This document shows positions 9,401-18,142 of a stretch of 64,000 nucleotides of DNA, in pieces. The stretch is from Abditibacteriaceae bacterium. GTDB taxonomy: Bacteria > Armatimonadota > Abditibacteriia > Abditibacteriales > Abditibacteriaceae. The notes beneath the pieces are model-generated. The model was given only the letters and a program-made list of their open reading frames with translations, did not search any database and was not told the origin of the DNA. Each line of letters starts with the position of its first letter. Position 1 is the first letter of the stretch. The DNA is taken from NCBI GenBank assembly GCA_965277285.1, contig OZ255721.1, positions 1,216,001-1,280,000 on the forward strand. The letters run 5' to 3'. A program made the position numbers and the translations under genes.

Positions 9401-10216
9401 ATGAAAAGTTTGATAAGAAAATATGGCACCGTGGCCGCTTTGGGCTGGCAGGATTCGCTGGTTTATCGTTTCAACGCGCTGGTCTGGGTTTTGTATGCGG
9501 TGTTGCCTTCAGTGACAGCGATGCTGGTCTGGCTCGCCACGTATCAAAGTCATTCGAGTACTCGAATCGGCGGCAAAACCTTACCGGAAATGCTCACTTA
9601 TTATCTTCTGGTGACGGCATTGTCAGTCGCCATTACACCGAACCCCGAATGGGACATCGCGCAGCAAATCCGCGACGGCAAAATCACACCGTTCATCGTG
9701 CGACCAATTGGATATTACGGTTATCGCGTGGCGCAGGAAACGTCCTACCAAGTCATCAAAACCGCGATGATGTTGCCCGCGCTGGCACTTCTCATCTGGG
9801 GTTTTCGCGCGCATTTGGAAATGCCGACGCCCAACTTCGCGCAGTTCACACTTTTTCTTTGCGCTTCGCTGTTGGCGTATGCGTTGTTGACACAGATCAA
9901 ATTTTTGATCGGCATTTCCGCGTTCTGGATCGCTGAACCGGGCGGTTTCATGGAAATATGGAATTTGCTGATGGGCGTTTTGGGCGGGCGACTTTTGCCG
10001 CTTTCGTTGCTGCCATCGAGCTTGAGAGTTCTCAGCGTAGCGCTGCCTTTCGCCTCGCTTTACGATTTCCCAATTCGATTGCTGCAAGGCCAGGCGACAA
10101 CAATTCAAATCGCCGAAGGATTCGCGGTTCAGGGCGCGTGGCTGATCGTGCTTTCGCTGAGCGTGCGCCGCGCGTGGCAAAAAGGTTTGCTGGCTTACGA
10201 AGCGTATGGCGGCTGA
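9401..10216 (+). CDS. ABC-2 family transporter permease (DUF990-like)
   Basis: ATG 9401; YRFN, EMLTYY, IRDGKI...IVRP, LGG.LLPL..LP, LPF, C-terminal YEAYGG. Confidence 0.9.
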   Translation: MKSLIRKYGTVAALGWQDSLVYRFNALVWVLYAVLPSVTAMLVWLATYQSHSSTRIGGKTLPEMLTYYLLVTALSVAITPNPEWDIAQQIRDGKITPFIVRPIGYYGYRVAQETSYQVIKTAMMLPALALLIWGFRAHLEMPTPNFAQFTLFLCASLLAYALLTQIKFLIGISAFWIAEPGGFMEIWNLLMGVLGGRLLPLSLLPSSLRVLSVALPFASLYDFPIRLLQGQATTIQIAEGFAVQGAWLIVLSLSVRRAWQKGLLAYEAYGG

Positions 10217-10347
10217 ACGTCCGATTGTCTCGGTTACGAAAACTGGTTCAGTTCGCCTCAGCCGATGTGCCAGCGATGCACGTTTTCAATACTTTCTAGA
10301 CCTGATTAGTCGCCATCTCATAAATACAACCAAAAGCTCGAAACTGA

Positions 10348-10421
10348 CAGTTTGTCATTCTGAGCGCAGCGAAGAATCTGGCTGGAGTTAGATTCTTCGC
10401 TGCGCTCAGAATGACAAACTG
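10348..10421. repeat. REP-like inverted repeat, family B
   Basis: cagtttgtcattctgagcgcagcgaagaatct ... agattcttcgctgcgctcagaatgacaaactg, perfect arms. Confidence 0.92.
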
Positions 10422-10597
10422 GTAGTGAGAAGCAGCGATTTATTTATGAGACTACTTGTAGTAGCAAGTTGGACAGCCATAGAATGCTCATTTTGCGTGA
10501 TGCAAGCGCATTATCGAGTACTCGATTCATTGCGTCCAACGCAGGGCAAACGCCTGTATTACAATAGCAGGACGCATCCCCAACACAAAGGAAAGAT

Positions 10598-13500
10598 ATG
10601 AGATATTCAGTCTGCGGCCTGGTTGCTGTTGTGATGAGCGGCCTGACGCTTCAACATGGAAAGGTCGCGCTTGCTCAACCGCAACAAGCGCTGGTGGCGC
10701 AGCCCAATTCGCAGTCGGCGGGACAAATCACCGTTGGTGCAGCGCGCTTCACTGTCTTGACGCCGTTTTGCGTTCGCCTGGAATATGCGCCAAAAAATGG
10801 TTTCGTGGATGAGTCGACACTTTTCGCCAACAATCGCAGCGTCCGTATGTCAGGCGCGAAAATCGTGCGCAACGGCAACAGCATCACGATTGACACCGGC
10901 AAAATGCGGCTGGTTTATCGTCCCGACGGCCAAGCGTTCAACGCGTCCAACCTTCAAGTCACTTTCGCGCAGGGAACGCAAATCAAAAGTTGGAAACCTG
11001 GCCAGGAGAACTTGGGATATCTGGGTGGCCCGCTGCCAACTTTGGATTTCCTGAGCAGTCCGGTCAATTTGCCGCCCGCTTTGCTGTCGCGCGATGGATG
11101 GGCTATTGTGGATGATTCGGGAAGGCCAGTGCGTCCCCATAACTGGATTGCGCCGCGTCCTGGTGGCGGGCCACCCAGCGTGGACGTGACTCCAAAGAAC
11201 ACGGATTTAGACTGGTATCTCTTCGCTTACGGCAACGATTATCGCGCCGCTTTGCAATCTCTCGCAACGATTTCGGGGCGAGTTCCAATGCCGCGCAAAG
11301 AAGTTTTGGGATCGTGGTATTGTCGCTGGCACCCCTACACTTCAGATGAGTTCCGCCAACTGGTGCGCGGCTACGGTGACCACGACTTCCCGCTTGACAT
11401 TATGGTGATGGACATGGATTGGCACACCCAGAACGCCACTTTCAGCCACGTTTACAGCGACAATCCGGGCTGGACGGGCTACACCTGGAACCGCCAGCTT
11501 TTACCTGACGCGGAAAAACTGATCGCGGAGTTCAGGAAAGAAGGCGTTTTCGTGACGCTCAACGACCATCCGCACGATGGCATCCGCGACCACGAAGAAG
11601 TTTATCCCGAGTTCATGCGCTCGCTCGGCCTGACGCCTGCCAAAGGCAACAACGTCGAATTCAACGCGGGCGACAAACGCTATATGGACGCTTTTCTGGC
11701 CGCAGCGCATGGGCCAAAAGAACAAGCGGGCGTCGATTTCTGGTGGTTGGACTGGCAGCAGGACGCGATTTTCCCGTGGGTCAAGGGCGTGCCGGGCCTG
11801 AAACATTTGCCGTGGCTGAACGAACTTTACTATCAATATACGCAGAAAAACGGTTTGCGCGGCCAAAGTTACAGCCGTTGGGGTGGCTGGGGAGATCAGC
11901 GCCATCCCATTTATTTTTCGGGCGACGCGCAGGGCAGTTGGCGAATGCTCGGGTTCGAGGTACCTTTCACTGCCGATTCGGGCAACGGCGGATGCTTTTT
12001 CTGGGCGCACGACACGGGCGCGATTTTCGGGCCGCGCGATCCCGAAAACTACACGCGTTGGACGCAATTCAGCGCGCTGTCGGCAGCTTTGCGCGTTCAC
12101 TCGGCGGGCGATACAGATCGGCGCCCGTGGTTGTGGGGACAGCAGAACGAGTACTCGATGCGCGTCGCGTATCATCTCCGCTCGCAGTTGATGCCTTATA
12201 TTTACACGAGCGTGCGCCAATGTTACGACGATACAGTGCCCTTGCTGCGTCCGATGTATTTTTCTTATCCGACACAGGAAGCGGCTTACCACGCTGCGGG
12301 ACAATATCTGTTTGGCGACAATCTGCTGGTGGCGCCCATCGTGTCGCCAGGCGTCGGGCCGGGCAAAGTCGCCAAGCAAAGCGTGTGGTTTCCTTCCGGC
12401 ACCTGGTTCAACGTGTTCACCGGCGAACGCTTTGAAGACGACTCGCAAAAACTCGTAACCGCCGACTTGAATGAAATGCCGCTTTATGCGCGCGCGGGCG
12501 TTCCCCTGCCGATGCAGCCTTACACGCCGCGCATGGCGACGACACCAATTTCGCAGTTGCGCGTGCGTTGCTATCCGGGCGCCGACGGCGCGATTGGCAC
12601 GTCGAGCCTTTATGAAGACGATGGGCGCAGCGACGCATACCAAAAAAATGGCTTCGCCCGCACGCCGCTTTCTTACACCAGAAAAGGTGACGCCATCACG
12701 GTGACAGTTGGAGCGACGAGGGGAAATTTTCAAGGTCAACTTCGTCAGCGTTCAGTTGTGATCGAGCTTCCTTGCACGACCAAAGCCACGTCGGCAATCT
12801 GGCAAGGCCAGCAACTGAACGCGCAATATGACGAAGAAAGCGGAACCAATCGCATCGAAATTCCAGCCCAATCGATTGAGCGCGCGATTTCGGTTACGGT
12901 ATTGTGCGCGCAACTTGACCCGCAAATACAACGCGACCGCGCGCTTGGGCGTCGTCTGCGCAGCATTTTGGGAAGTGCATCGTCGCCGAACTCGCAGGTG
13001 GTTCTCGCTTCGGCTGCGGATCTTTCTCCCGAACAAGACATGGTTTTAGCGACGCGCGGCATCGGCCTAATAAAGCAAGTGGACGGGCCAAACTTCGCTG
13101 ACCAGGCGCCGCGCTGGGAGTTTTATGCGCCCGCCGGAGCGGTAAAAAATAATCAAATCCAAGTGTCGGTTCGTGGCGGCAGCGAGAGAATGCGGACAAT
13201 GAAAGGCACAGCTTTAGACGTTTCCAACGCGGATCGTCACAACGCGATGCCGGTTGTTCGTTTTCAGAGCGGTGGCCAATCTTTCCGCCTGACGGGTGGA
13301 ACAGGACGTTTGGTGAGCGCCGACAATGTGGCTCTCGATGCCAAAGTTTCGGTTTCTTCCACATCGGAAGGTCACACGCCCGAAGCCGCAATCGATGGCG
13401 TGGCGCGCGGCTATCCCGTAGAGCCGGAAGCTGAATGGGCATCCGACAAGGAGAAAGCTGGCGCAACTTTGCGCTTGCAGTGGAACACGCCGCAGACCGT

Positions 13501-14164
13501 TGATCGCGTTCAACTCTTCGACCGCCCCAACGACGTGGACAACGTGACATCGGGCATTCTCTCGTTTAGCGATGGCAGCACGCTCGAAGTTGGCGCGTTA
13601 AGCAACTACGGCACGATGGTGCGTTTTCCGGCCAAAACCATCACTTCGCTCGAGTTCAAAGTGACGGGTGTTTCACCCAAAACTGAGAATATCGGTCTGT
13701 CCGAAATCGCTGTGTTCCGCGCCGGAACGCAACTGGGAACAATTTACGGCTCGGACAACGTGGCGGGAGCAGCTAAAGTCTCGGCTTCTTCGACCGACAA
13801 GGGATACATGCCTCAAGCCGCCGTTGATGGCGAAGTCGGCGGTTTCCCCAACGAACCAAGCGCTGAATGGTCGTCGGATCACCAACGAGAAGGCGCGACG
13901 CTGCGTTTAGAATGGAACACGCCGCAGACCATCAACCGCATCCAGCTTTTTGACCGCCCGAACCTGACAGATACCATCACGACAGGTTTACTAACCTTCA
14001 GCGACGGCAGCACATTGAAGGTCAACGCGTTATCTAAACAAGGCACGGAATTGAAGTTTCCGGCAAAAATCGTTACTTGGATAACCTTCAGAGTGACGGG
14101 CGTAACACCGAGCACGCAAAGCGCGGGTCTGGCCGAAATCGCCGTATTTCGAGCGCATAGTTGA
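10598..14164 (+). CDS. Secreted GH31-family glycoside hydrolase with DUF5110 and two C-terminal discoidin-like domains
   Basis: FPLDIMVMDMDWH, WTGYTWN, GVDFWWLDWQQ, FSGD, PLLRPMY, QYLFGDNLLVAP, LYEDDG; two similar C-terminal repeats (AAIDG...EW...LFDRPN...EIAVF). Confidence 0.93.
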   Translation: MRYSVCGLVAVVMSGLTLQHGKVALAQPQQALVAQPNSQSAGQITVGAARFTVLTPFCVRLEYAPKNGFVDESTLFANNRSVRMSGAKIVRNGNSITIDTGKMRLVYRPDGQAFNASNLQVTFAQGTQIKSWKPGQENLGYLGGPLPTLDFLSSPVNLPPALLSRDGWAIVDDSGRPVRPHNWIAPRPGGGPPSVDVTPKNTDLDWYLFAYGNDYRAALQSLATISGRVPMPRKEVLGSWYCRWHPYTSDEFRQLVRGYGDHDFPLDIMVMDMDWHTQNATFSHVYSDNPGWTGYTWNRQLLPDAEKLIAEFRKEGVFVTLNDHPHDGIRDHEEVYPEFMRSLGLTPAKGNNVEFNAGDKRYMDAFLAAAHGPKEQAGVDFWWLDWQQDAIFPWVKGVPGLKHLPWLNELYYQYTQKNGLRGQSYSRWGGWGDQRHPIYFSGDAQGSWRMLGFEVPFTADSGNGGCFFWAHDTGAIFGPRDPENYTRWTQFSALSAALRVHSAGDTDRRPWLWGQQNEYSMRVAYHLRSQLMPYIYTSVRQCYDDTVPLLRPMYFSYPTQEAAYHAAGQYLFGDNLLVAPIVSPGVGPGKVAKQSVWFPSGTWFNVFTGERFEDDSQKLVTADLNEMPLYARAGVPLPMQPYTPRMATTPISQLRVRCYPGADGAIGTSSLYEDDGRSDAYQKNGFARTPLSYTRKGDAITVTVGATRGNFQGQLRQRSVVIELPCTTKATSAIWQGQQLNAQYDEESGTNRIEIPAQSIERAISVTVLCAQLDPQIQRDRALGRRLRSILGSASSPNSQVVLASAADLSPEQDMVLATRGIGLIKQVDGPNFADQAPRWEFYAPAGAVKNNQIQVSVRGGSERMRTMKGTALDVSNADRHNAMPVVRFQSGGQSFRLTGGTGRLVSADNVALDAKVSVSSTSEGHTPEAAIDGVARGYPVEPEAEWASDKEKAGATLRLQWNTPQTVDRVQLFDRPNDVDNVTSGILSFSDGSTLEVGALSNYGTMVRFPAKTITSLEFKVTGVSPKTENIGLSEIAVFRAGTQLGTIYGSDNVAGAAKVSASSTDKGYMPQAAVDGEVGGFPNEPSAEWSSDHQREGATLRLEWNTPQTINRIQLFDRPNLTDTITTGLLTFSDGSTLKVNALSKQGTELKFPAKIVTWITFRVTGVTPSTQSAGLAEIAVFRAHS

Positions 14165-14223
14165 CTCACTTACATTAGCCTGAGAGGTTATAAAGAAAGT
14201 GTGAAGAAGTGATCAAACCCGCA

Positions 14224-14295
14224 CTTTGTCATGTTAAGCGAAGCGAAGAATCTAAACCTAAAGCCAGATTCTTCGCTTCACTCAGAATGACAAAG
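14224..14295. repeat. REP-like inverted repeat, family B (degenerate)
   Basis: ctttgtcatgttaagcgaagcgaagaatct ... agattcttcgcttcactcagaatgacaaag. Confidence 0.85.
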
Positions 14296-14409
14296 CCTTA
14301 CCTTATTGGCGTTTTGCTCACTTTCTCTACAACCTCGCAGAATGACAAACTGCGATTTTCAGGGCGGTTGATGGACGTTCTCCACGAACCAACGACCTTA
14401 CAACCACAA

Positions 14410-14448
14410 AAAGCGCCCGCTTCAATTTCTACTTGAAGCGAGCGCTTT
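14410..14448 (-). terminator. Probable intrinsic terminator between convergent genes
   Basis: aaagcgcccgcttcaa / ttgaagcgagcgcttt stem; the adjacent A-run gives a U-tail on the minus strand. Confidence 0.6.
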
Positions 14449-14467
14449 CTATTTCGATTACTCGATA

Positions 14468-15337
14468 TTACTGTCCGGCCATTGTCGAATCCGGCGTGGT
14501 TGTGGTGGAGGACGAGCTGTTCGTCGTGGTCGACGTATCGGGCGCCGTCGTGGTCGTGGTGGTTGTCGAACTCGTGTCGGGCGCGGTGGTTGTCGACGAG
14601 TTATCGGTCATCGTCGAACCATCAGCAGCAGTCGTGTTGGTGACTGTAGTCGAGCGTGTTGTTGTCGAGTGACGGTCAACCGTTGTGGTTTGCATCGCAC
14701 CCGAATTGTCCATGCCGCTCATGCCGGTGTTCATCATCATCGAATGAAAGGGCATCATCTGGCGAAGGTGCTTGCGCGCGAGGTTGGCGCGCTTGTGCAT
14801 CGCCATTTTAATCGCTCCGCTATCCGTCATGTTAAAACGCATCTGGCTGGTCATCACAGCAGCTTCGTGGTCTTTGTGCTGCGCCATCAAAATCTCGGCG
14901 GTGCTGCCCAAAACTGGCGGTTTAAAAATGGTGGCATCAGCGGGGTTGCCGCCATTAACGCGACACAAGTGCATCAACATCGGCCCGGCGGCTTTATGTT
15001 CGGCTTCCCAGCGCCCGAAGGTTCGCGCCAAACGCATATTCTCCATGCCGCCCATGTGCATCAAGGCCATACGCTGAACGTGCAACGAGTGGATTTCGGT
15101 CTTTTCTTCGCTTAAAGTTTGAATCAACATCTGCGCATTCTTCATTCGCATATCGGAACGCGACATTCCTGACATTGAACCGCTTGAGGTCGAACTTTCC
15201 GACATACTGGTGTTGGTCGAAGTGCTGTCGGTGGCCGCGCCGACATTGGTGTCATAGCCAGCGTGCGCCGCGCTGCCCATGACGCTCAGACAACCTGCAA
15301 CGACAACCGCTTTGCCCCAACTTTTGGTGATACTCAT
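14468..15337 (-). CDS. Secreted Met/His-rich helical protein with Thr/Ser-rich tail
   Basis: GAGGAG RBS, ATG 15337, signal peptide ending AHA; E..H helical motifs; TTTTAPDTS low-complexity C-terminus. Confidence 0.8.
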   Translation of the reverse strand: MSITKSWGKAVVVAGCLSVMGSAAHAGYDTNVGAATDSTSTNTSMSESSTSSGSMSGMSRSDMRMKNAQMLIQTLSEEKTEIHSLHVQRMALMHMGGMENMRLARTFGRWEAEHKAAGPMLMHLCRVNGGNPADATIFKPPVLGSTAEILMAQHKDHEAAVMTSQMRFNMTDSGAIKMAMHKRANLARKHLRQMMPFHSMMMNTGMSGMDNSGAMQTTTVDRHSTTTRSTTVTNTTAADGSTMTDNSSTTTAPDTSSTTTTTTTAPDTSTTTNSSSSTTTTPDSTMAGQ

Positions 15338-15517
15338 TTCTTTTCTCCTCAACGATTTTCCGACTGTAGCCACGCGAGTTTTCAGATTTCCCGCGCTCTT
15401 TGCGGCCTGACGCGAGAGCAACACGCGTGCCGCCTGACACATTTTTCTGTCTTTGACAAACAACAGGGCCGTCTTTCGAGTACTCAATTCGAGTCCTCGA
15501 ATTGACCATTTTTCACT

Positions 15518-16306
15518 TCAAAACAAGGTGCCCTGCGCGTTTTCTTCGGGCGGCAATTCGCGTGGCGACAAGCCCAAACGTTGTGCGAAATTTTGCGCAC
15601 TGCCTGGCGAAAATCCCGCCCAGTGATTGTTGAAAAATCCCCACACTTCGCGCACTGGCAAATCGGAAATTACGTCCGCCCATTGACGTTCTTCGGCTTC
15701 ACGGTCTTTCTTAATTTCGTTCAGCGCCCCAAATTCTTCGTATCGGTTTCCCAGCCAGCGAATGTAAGAGAAATCCGCCGTTACATAAACCTGCGGCACA
15801 AAGTTGCCGAAATCGGCCAACGTCCACGCGATATTGTGCTGGCGCAACAGTTCGGCGATGCGGTCACAAAACCACGTTTGGTGCCGAAACTCCATTGCGA
15901 ATTGCCAATCTTTGGGAAGCAATGGCAGGAAATCGCGCAAGGCGCTTTCGCCTTCCTGCGCTGACCAATCGGGCGGAAATTGCAGCAAAATCGGGCCGCG
16001 TTTTTCTTCCAGCGCCGACATCGCATCGAGAAAACCTTCCAGTTCGTCTTCGCAATCGAGCAAATGTTTGTCATGCGTGACTGAACGCGGCATTTTGGCG
16101 GCAAAGCGAAAATCGTCTGTCACGCGGCGCTTCCAACTTTCGACTACGCGTTTGGCGGGCGTGTGATACCACGTCGAATCGATTTCGACCGTCGAAAATT
16201 GACGTGCGTAAAACGTCAGTTCGTCCACTTTGGATGGATAAAAAGCGCCTTTCCAATCATCGAACCGCCAACTGCTGGTGCCCAGATGAATATCGGGAAT
16301 GTTCAT
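15518..16306 (-). CDS. DUF72 domain protein
   Basis: LGTSSW...W.G.FYP, FSTVEIDSTWY, F.FAAK.P...TH, GPILLQFPP, EFRH, FFNNH. Confidence 0.95.
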   Translation of the reverse strand: MNIPDIHLGTSSWRFDDWKGAFYPSKVDELTFYARQFSTVEIDSTWYHTPAKRVVESWKRRVTDDFRFAAKMPRSVTHDKHLLDCEDELEGFLDAMSALEEKRGPILLQFPPDWSAQEGESALRDFLPLLPKDWQFAMEFRHQTWFCDRIAELLRQHNIAWTLADFGNFVPQVYVTADFSYIRWLGNRYEEFGALNEIKKDREAEERQWADVISDLPVREVWGFFNNHWAGFSPGSAQNFAQRLGLSPRELPPEENAQGTLF

Positions 16307-16773
16307 ATTTCGAGTACTCGATTCGTCATCGGCGCAATCGGCTTGTAGGACAAGGCGCTTGCCAAAACGTCTTCTGGCTTGCTCTGCGTGCCAAAGTTCA
16401 GACGCGGCACGCCCAACGTGCGCCGCAACATTTCAACCCAGAAAGCAAGTTCGTGGTCTGCATAAACGCCATATTCCGAAAAGCCAATGCGCCAAATCAG
16501 TTCCAGTTGTTCATCGCGCGAAAGATCGGCAATATAAGGCGCGTCGGGTGTAAGGGCAAACTTTGCGAACTCTTCCATGCTCATGGAACTGGCGGCGCCG
16601 ACCAAATCTTCAACGGAACAAGGGCGCGCGACCAAAAGGTTGAACTCGCTCAAGCAGGAACTAAAATCACAGCCCGAATCCACCTGCCCGACAATTTTAC
16701 TTGCAAGACGAGCCACAATTCCGATTTGCTTTTCATCTAATTTCCGTGGCAATAAAGCTTCGCGCAGTTCCAT
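16303..16773 (-). CDS. Hypothetical protein, possibly immunity-like
   Basis: ORF translationally coupled to DUF72 (4-bp overlap); LSRDEQLELIWRI recalls colicin-type immunity helices (weak). Confidence 0.6.
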   Translation of the reverse strand: MELREALLPRKLDEKQIGIVARLASKIVGQVDSGCDFSSCLSEFNLLVARPCSVEDLVGAASSMSMEEFAKFALTPDAPYIADLSRDEQLELIWRIGFSEYGVYADHELAFWVEMLRRTLGVPRLNFGTQSKPEDVLASALSYKPIAPMTNRVLEI

Positions 16774-16791
16774 AACTTCAGTTTCCTGATT

Positions 16792-18018
16792 TCACAAACC
16801 GCCGACCAAACGTCCTGGCGCGCAAACGTTCGCAGCGTCGAATTTTGCTTTGAGGCGCTGCATCAAGAAGAAATCGGTGCCAGTTTCGCCCCACACATTT
16901 TGTGGCGTGCGCAGTTCGTCCGGCGCGCGTTCAACGATGAGAAAACCGTCGCGTTGCATGGCTTCCGCGCGCAAAAACGCGATGTCGGGAACATCGTCGA
17001 AAGAAGTGCGCACGATTCCCAAGCCGCAATCCCACATCGTTCGTGTCGCGCCATTTTCTCGCGCCATTGAAATCCATTCGGGCGCCAAACGCAAAGGCAA
17101 ACGTGCACGCACTTCAACGCAATACGCGGTTTCATCTGGCGAAACTAACGGCGATGAAGCATCAAGGTTCGTAATTTCAAAGTTGGCGTTCAGAGTTTTC
17201 AAGAGCGCGGTTTGCGCTTCGACCGACGCGCGCACGCCATCAAATCGAACATCAATTTTGTGACAGTTTCGAGTACTCGAAAGGCGCAAAGAGGTCTGTT
17301 CAAAAGCGCCATCGAATATTTGCCAGGCGGTTCGTGCGGCGTCGTCGAAGCTTGAAACCGTTGCGCTACAAACCGCGCTGCTTTCGTCTTGCGGACGCAG
17401 GCGAATCGTGACGCGCGTGATGAGGCCAAAGGTTCCGAAGGAGCCGATGAACAATTTGTTCAAGTCGTAGCCGCTGACGTTTTTGACGACTTTGCCACCC
17501 GCTTTCACCAAACGTCCATCGGACAGCGCAACGTGCGTTCCCGTCACCAAATCGCGCGGCGCGCCATATTTCAGCGCGACGCTTGTCGTCAAATTGGTGG
17601 CAACGGCGCCGCCCAAAGTCGCATCATTCGAGTACTCGATGGGCACAAATTGGTGGCGGACGCGCAAAGTTTCATCCAGGTCGCGTAACCGGATTCCGCT
17701 GCCGACTTCCACTGTCGCATTGCCTTCGTCGTGTTCGTGAATCGTGTTCAGTTTTTCAGTCGAAATTAGCAGTTCGCAACGCTGAGGCATCGCGCCGATA
17801 TGAAGTTTGGTTCCACCGCCACTTGCCAGAAAAGCAACGTTTTCGCGTCCGCACCATTTAACTAAATTCGCAGCGGCTTCTTCACTTTGCGGCACCACGA
17901 CAAATTGCGGACACGCGCCGCCCGCGTTTTCGTTTTCCATCGCGGCGCGCACTTCCACCAACGAGCCAAACTCGCGTTGAATAGTGTCGAAAACGAGCGA
18001 TTTCATAGTGGTTGCCAC
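16792..18018 (-). CDS. FAD-binding oxidoreductase (GlcE-like)
   Basis: GGGTK, ATLGG, YGAPRDLVTG, GGKVVKNVSGYDL.KLFIGSFGTFG, LKAKFD....PGR. Confidence 0.92.
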   Translation of the reverse strand: MATTMKSLVFDTIQREFGSLVEVRAAMENENAGGACPQFVVVPQSEEAAANLVKWCGRENVAFLASGGGTKLHIGAMPQRCELLISTEKLNTIHEHDEGNATVEVGSGIRLRDLDETLRVRHQFVPIEYSNDATLGGAVATNLTTSVALKYGAPRDLVTGTHVALSDGRLVKAGGKVVKNVSGYDLNKLFIGSFGTFGLITRVTIRLRPQDESSAVCSATVSSFDDAARTAWQIFDGAFEQTSLRLSSTRNCHKIDVRFDGVRASVEAQTALLKTLNANFEITNLDASSPLVSPDETAYCVEVRARLPLRLAPEWISMARENGATRTMWDCGLGIVRTSFDDVPDIAFLRAEAMQRDGFLIVERAPDELRTPQNVWGETGTDFFLMQRLKAKFDAANVCAPGRLVGGL

Positions 18019-18035
18019 TTATTAACGAACCGAAT

Positions 18036-18120
18036 TAACGAACCCGAAGCGTAAGCGACGGGCTTAAGTAACCGTTTCACGCGGCTATTACGATAAGCCC
18101 GTCGCTTACGCTCGGGGTTC
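18036..18120. repeat. REP-like inverted repeat, family A
   Basis: gaacccgaagcgtaagcgacgggctta ... taagcccgtcgcttacgctcggggttc. Confidence 0.9.
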
Positions 18121-18142
18121 TTTGACTGCTTCCTGCCGCTGC

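Noticed and set aside
10538..10580. c-di-GMP-I riboswitch-like string gcagggcaaac...ggacgca upstream of the GH31 gene
   Set aside because: It lacks the GNRA tetraloop, and there is no room for the second stem before the start codon. An Infernal search would be needed to revive it.
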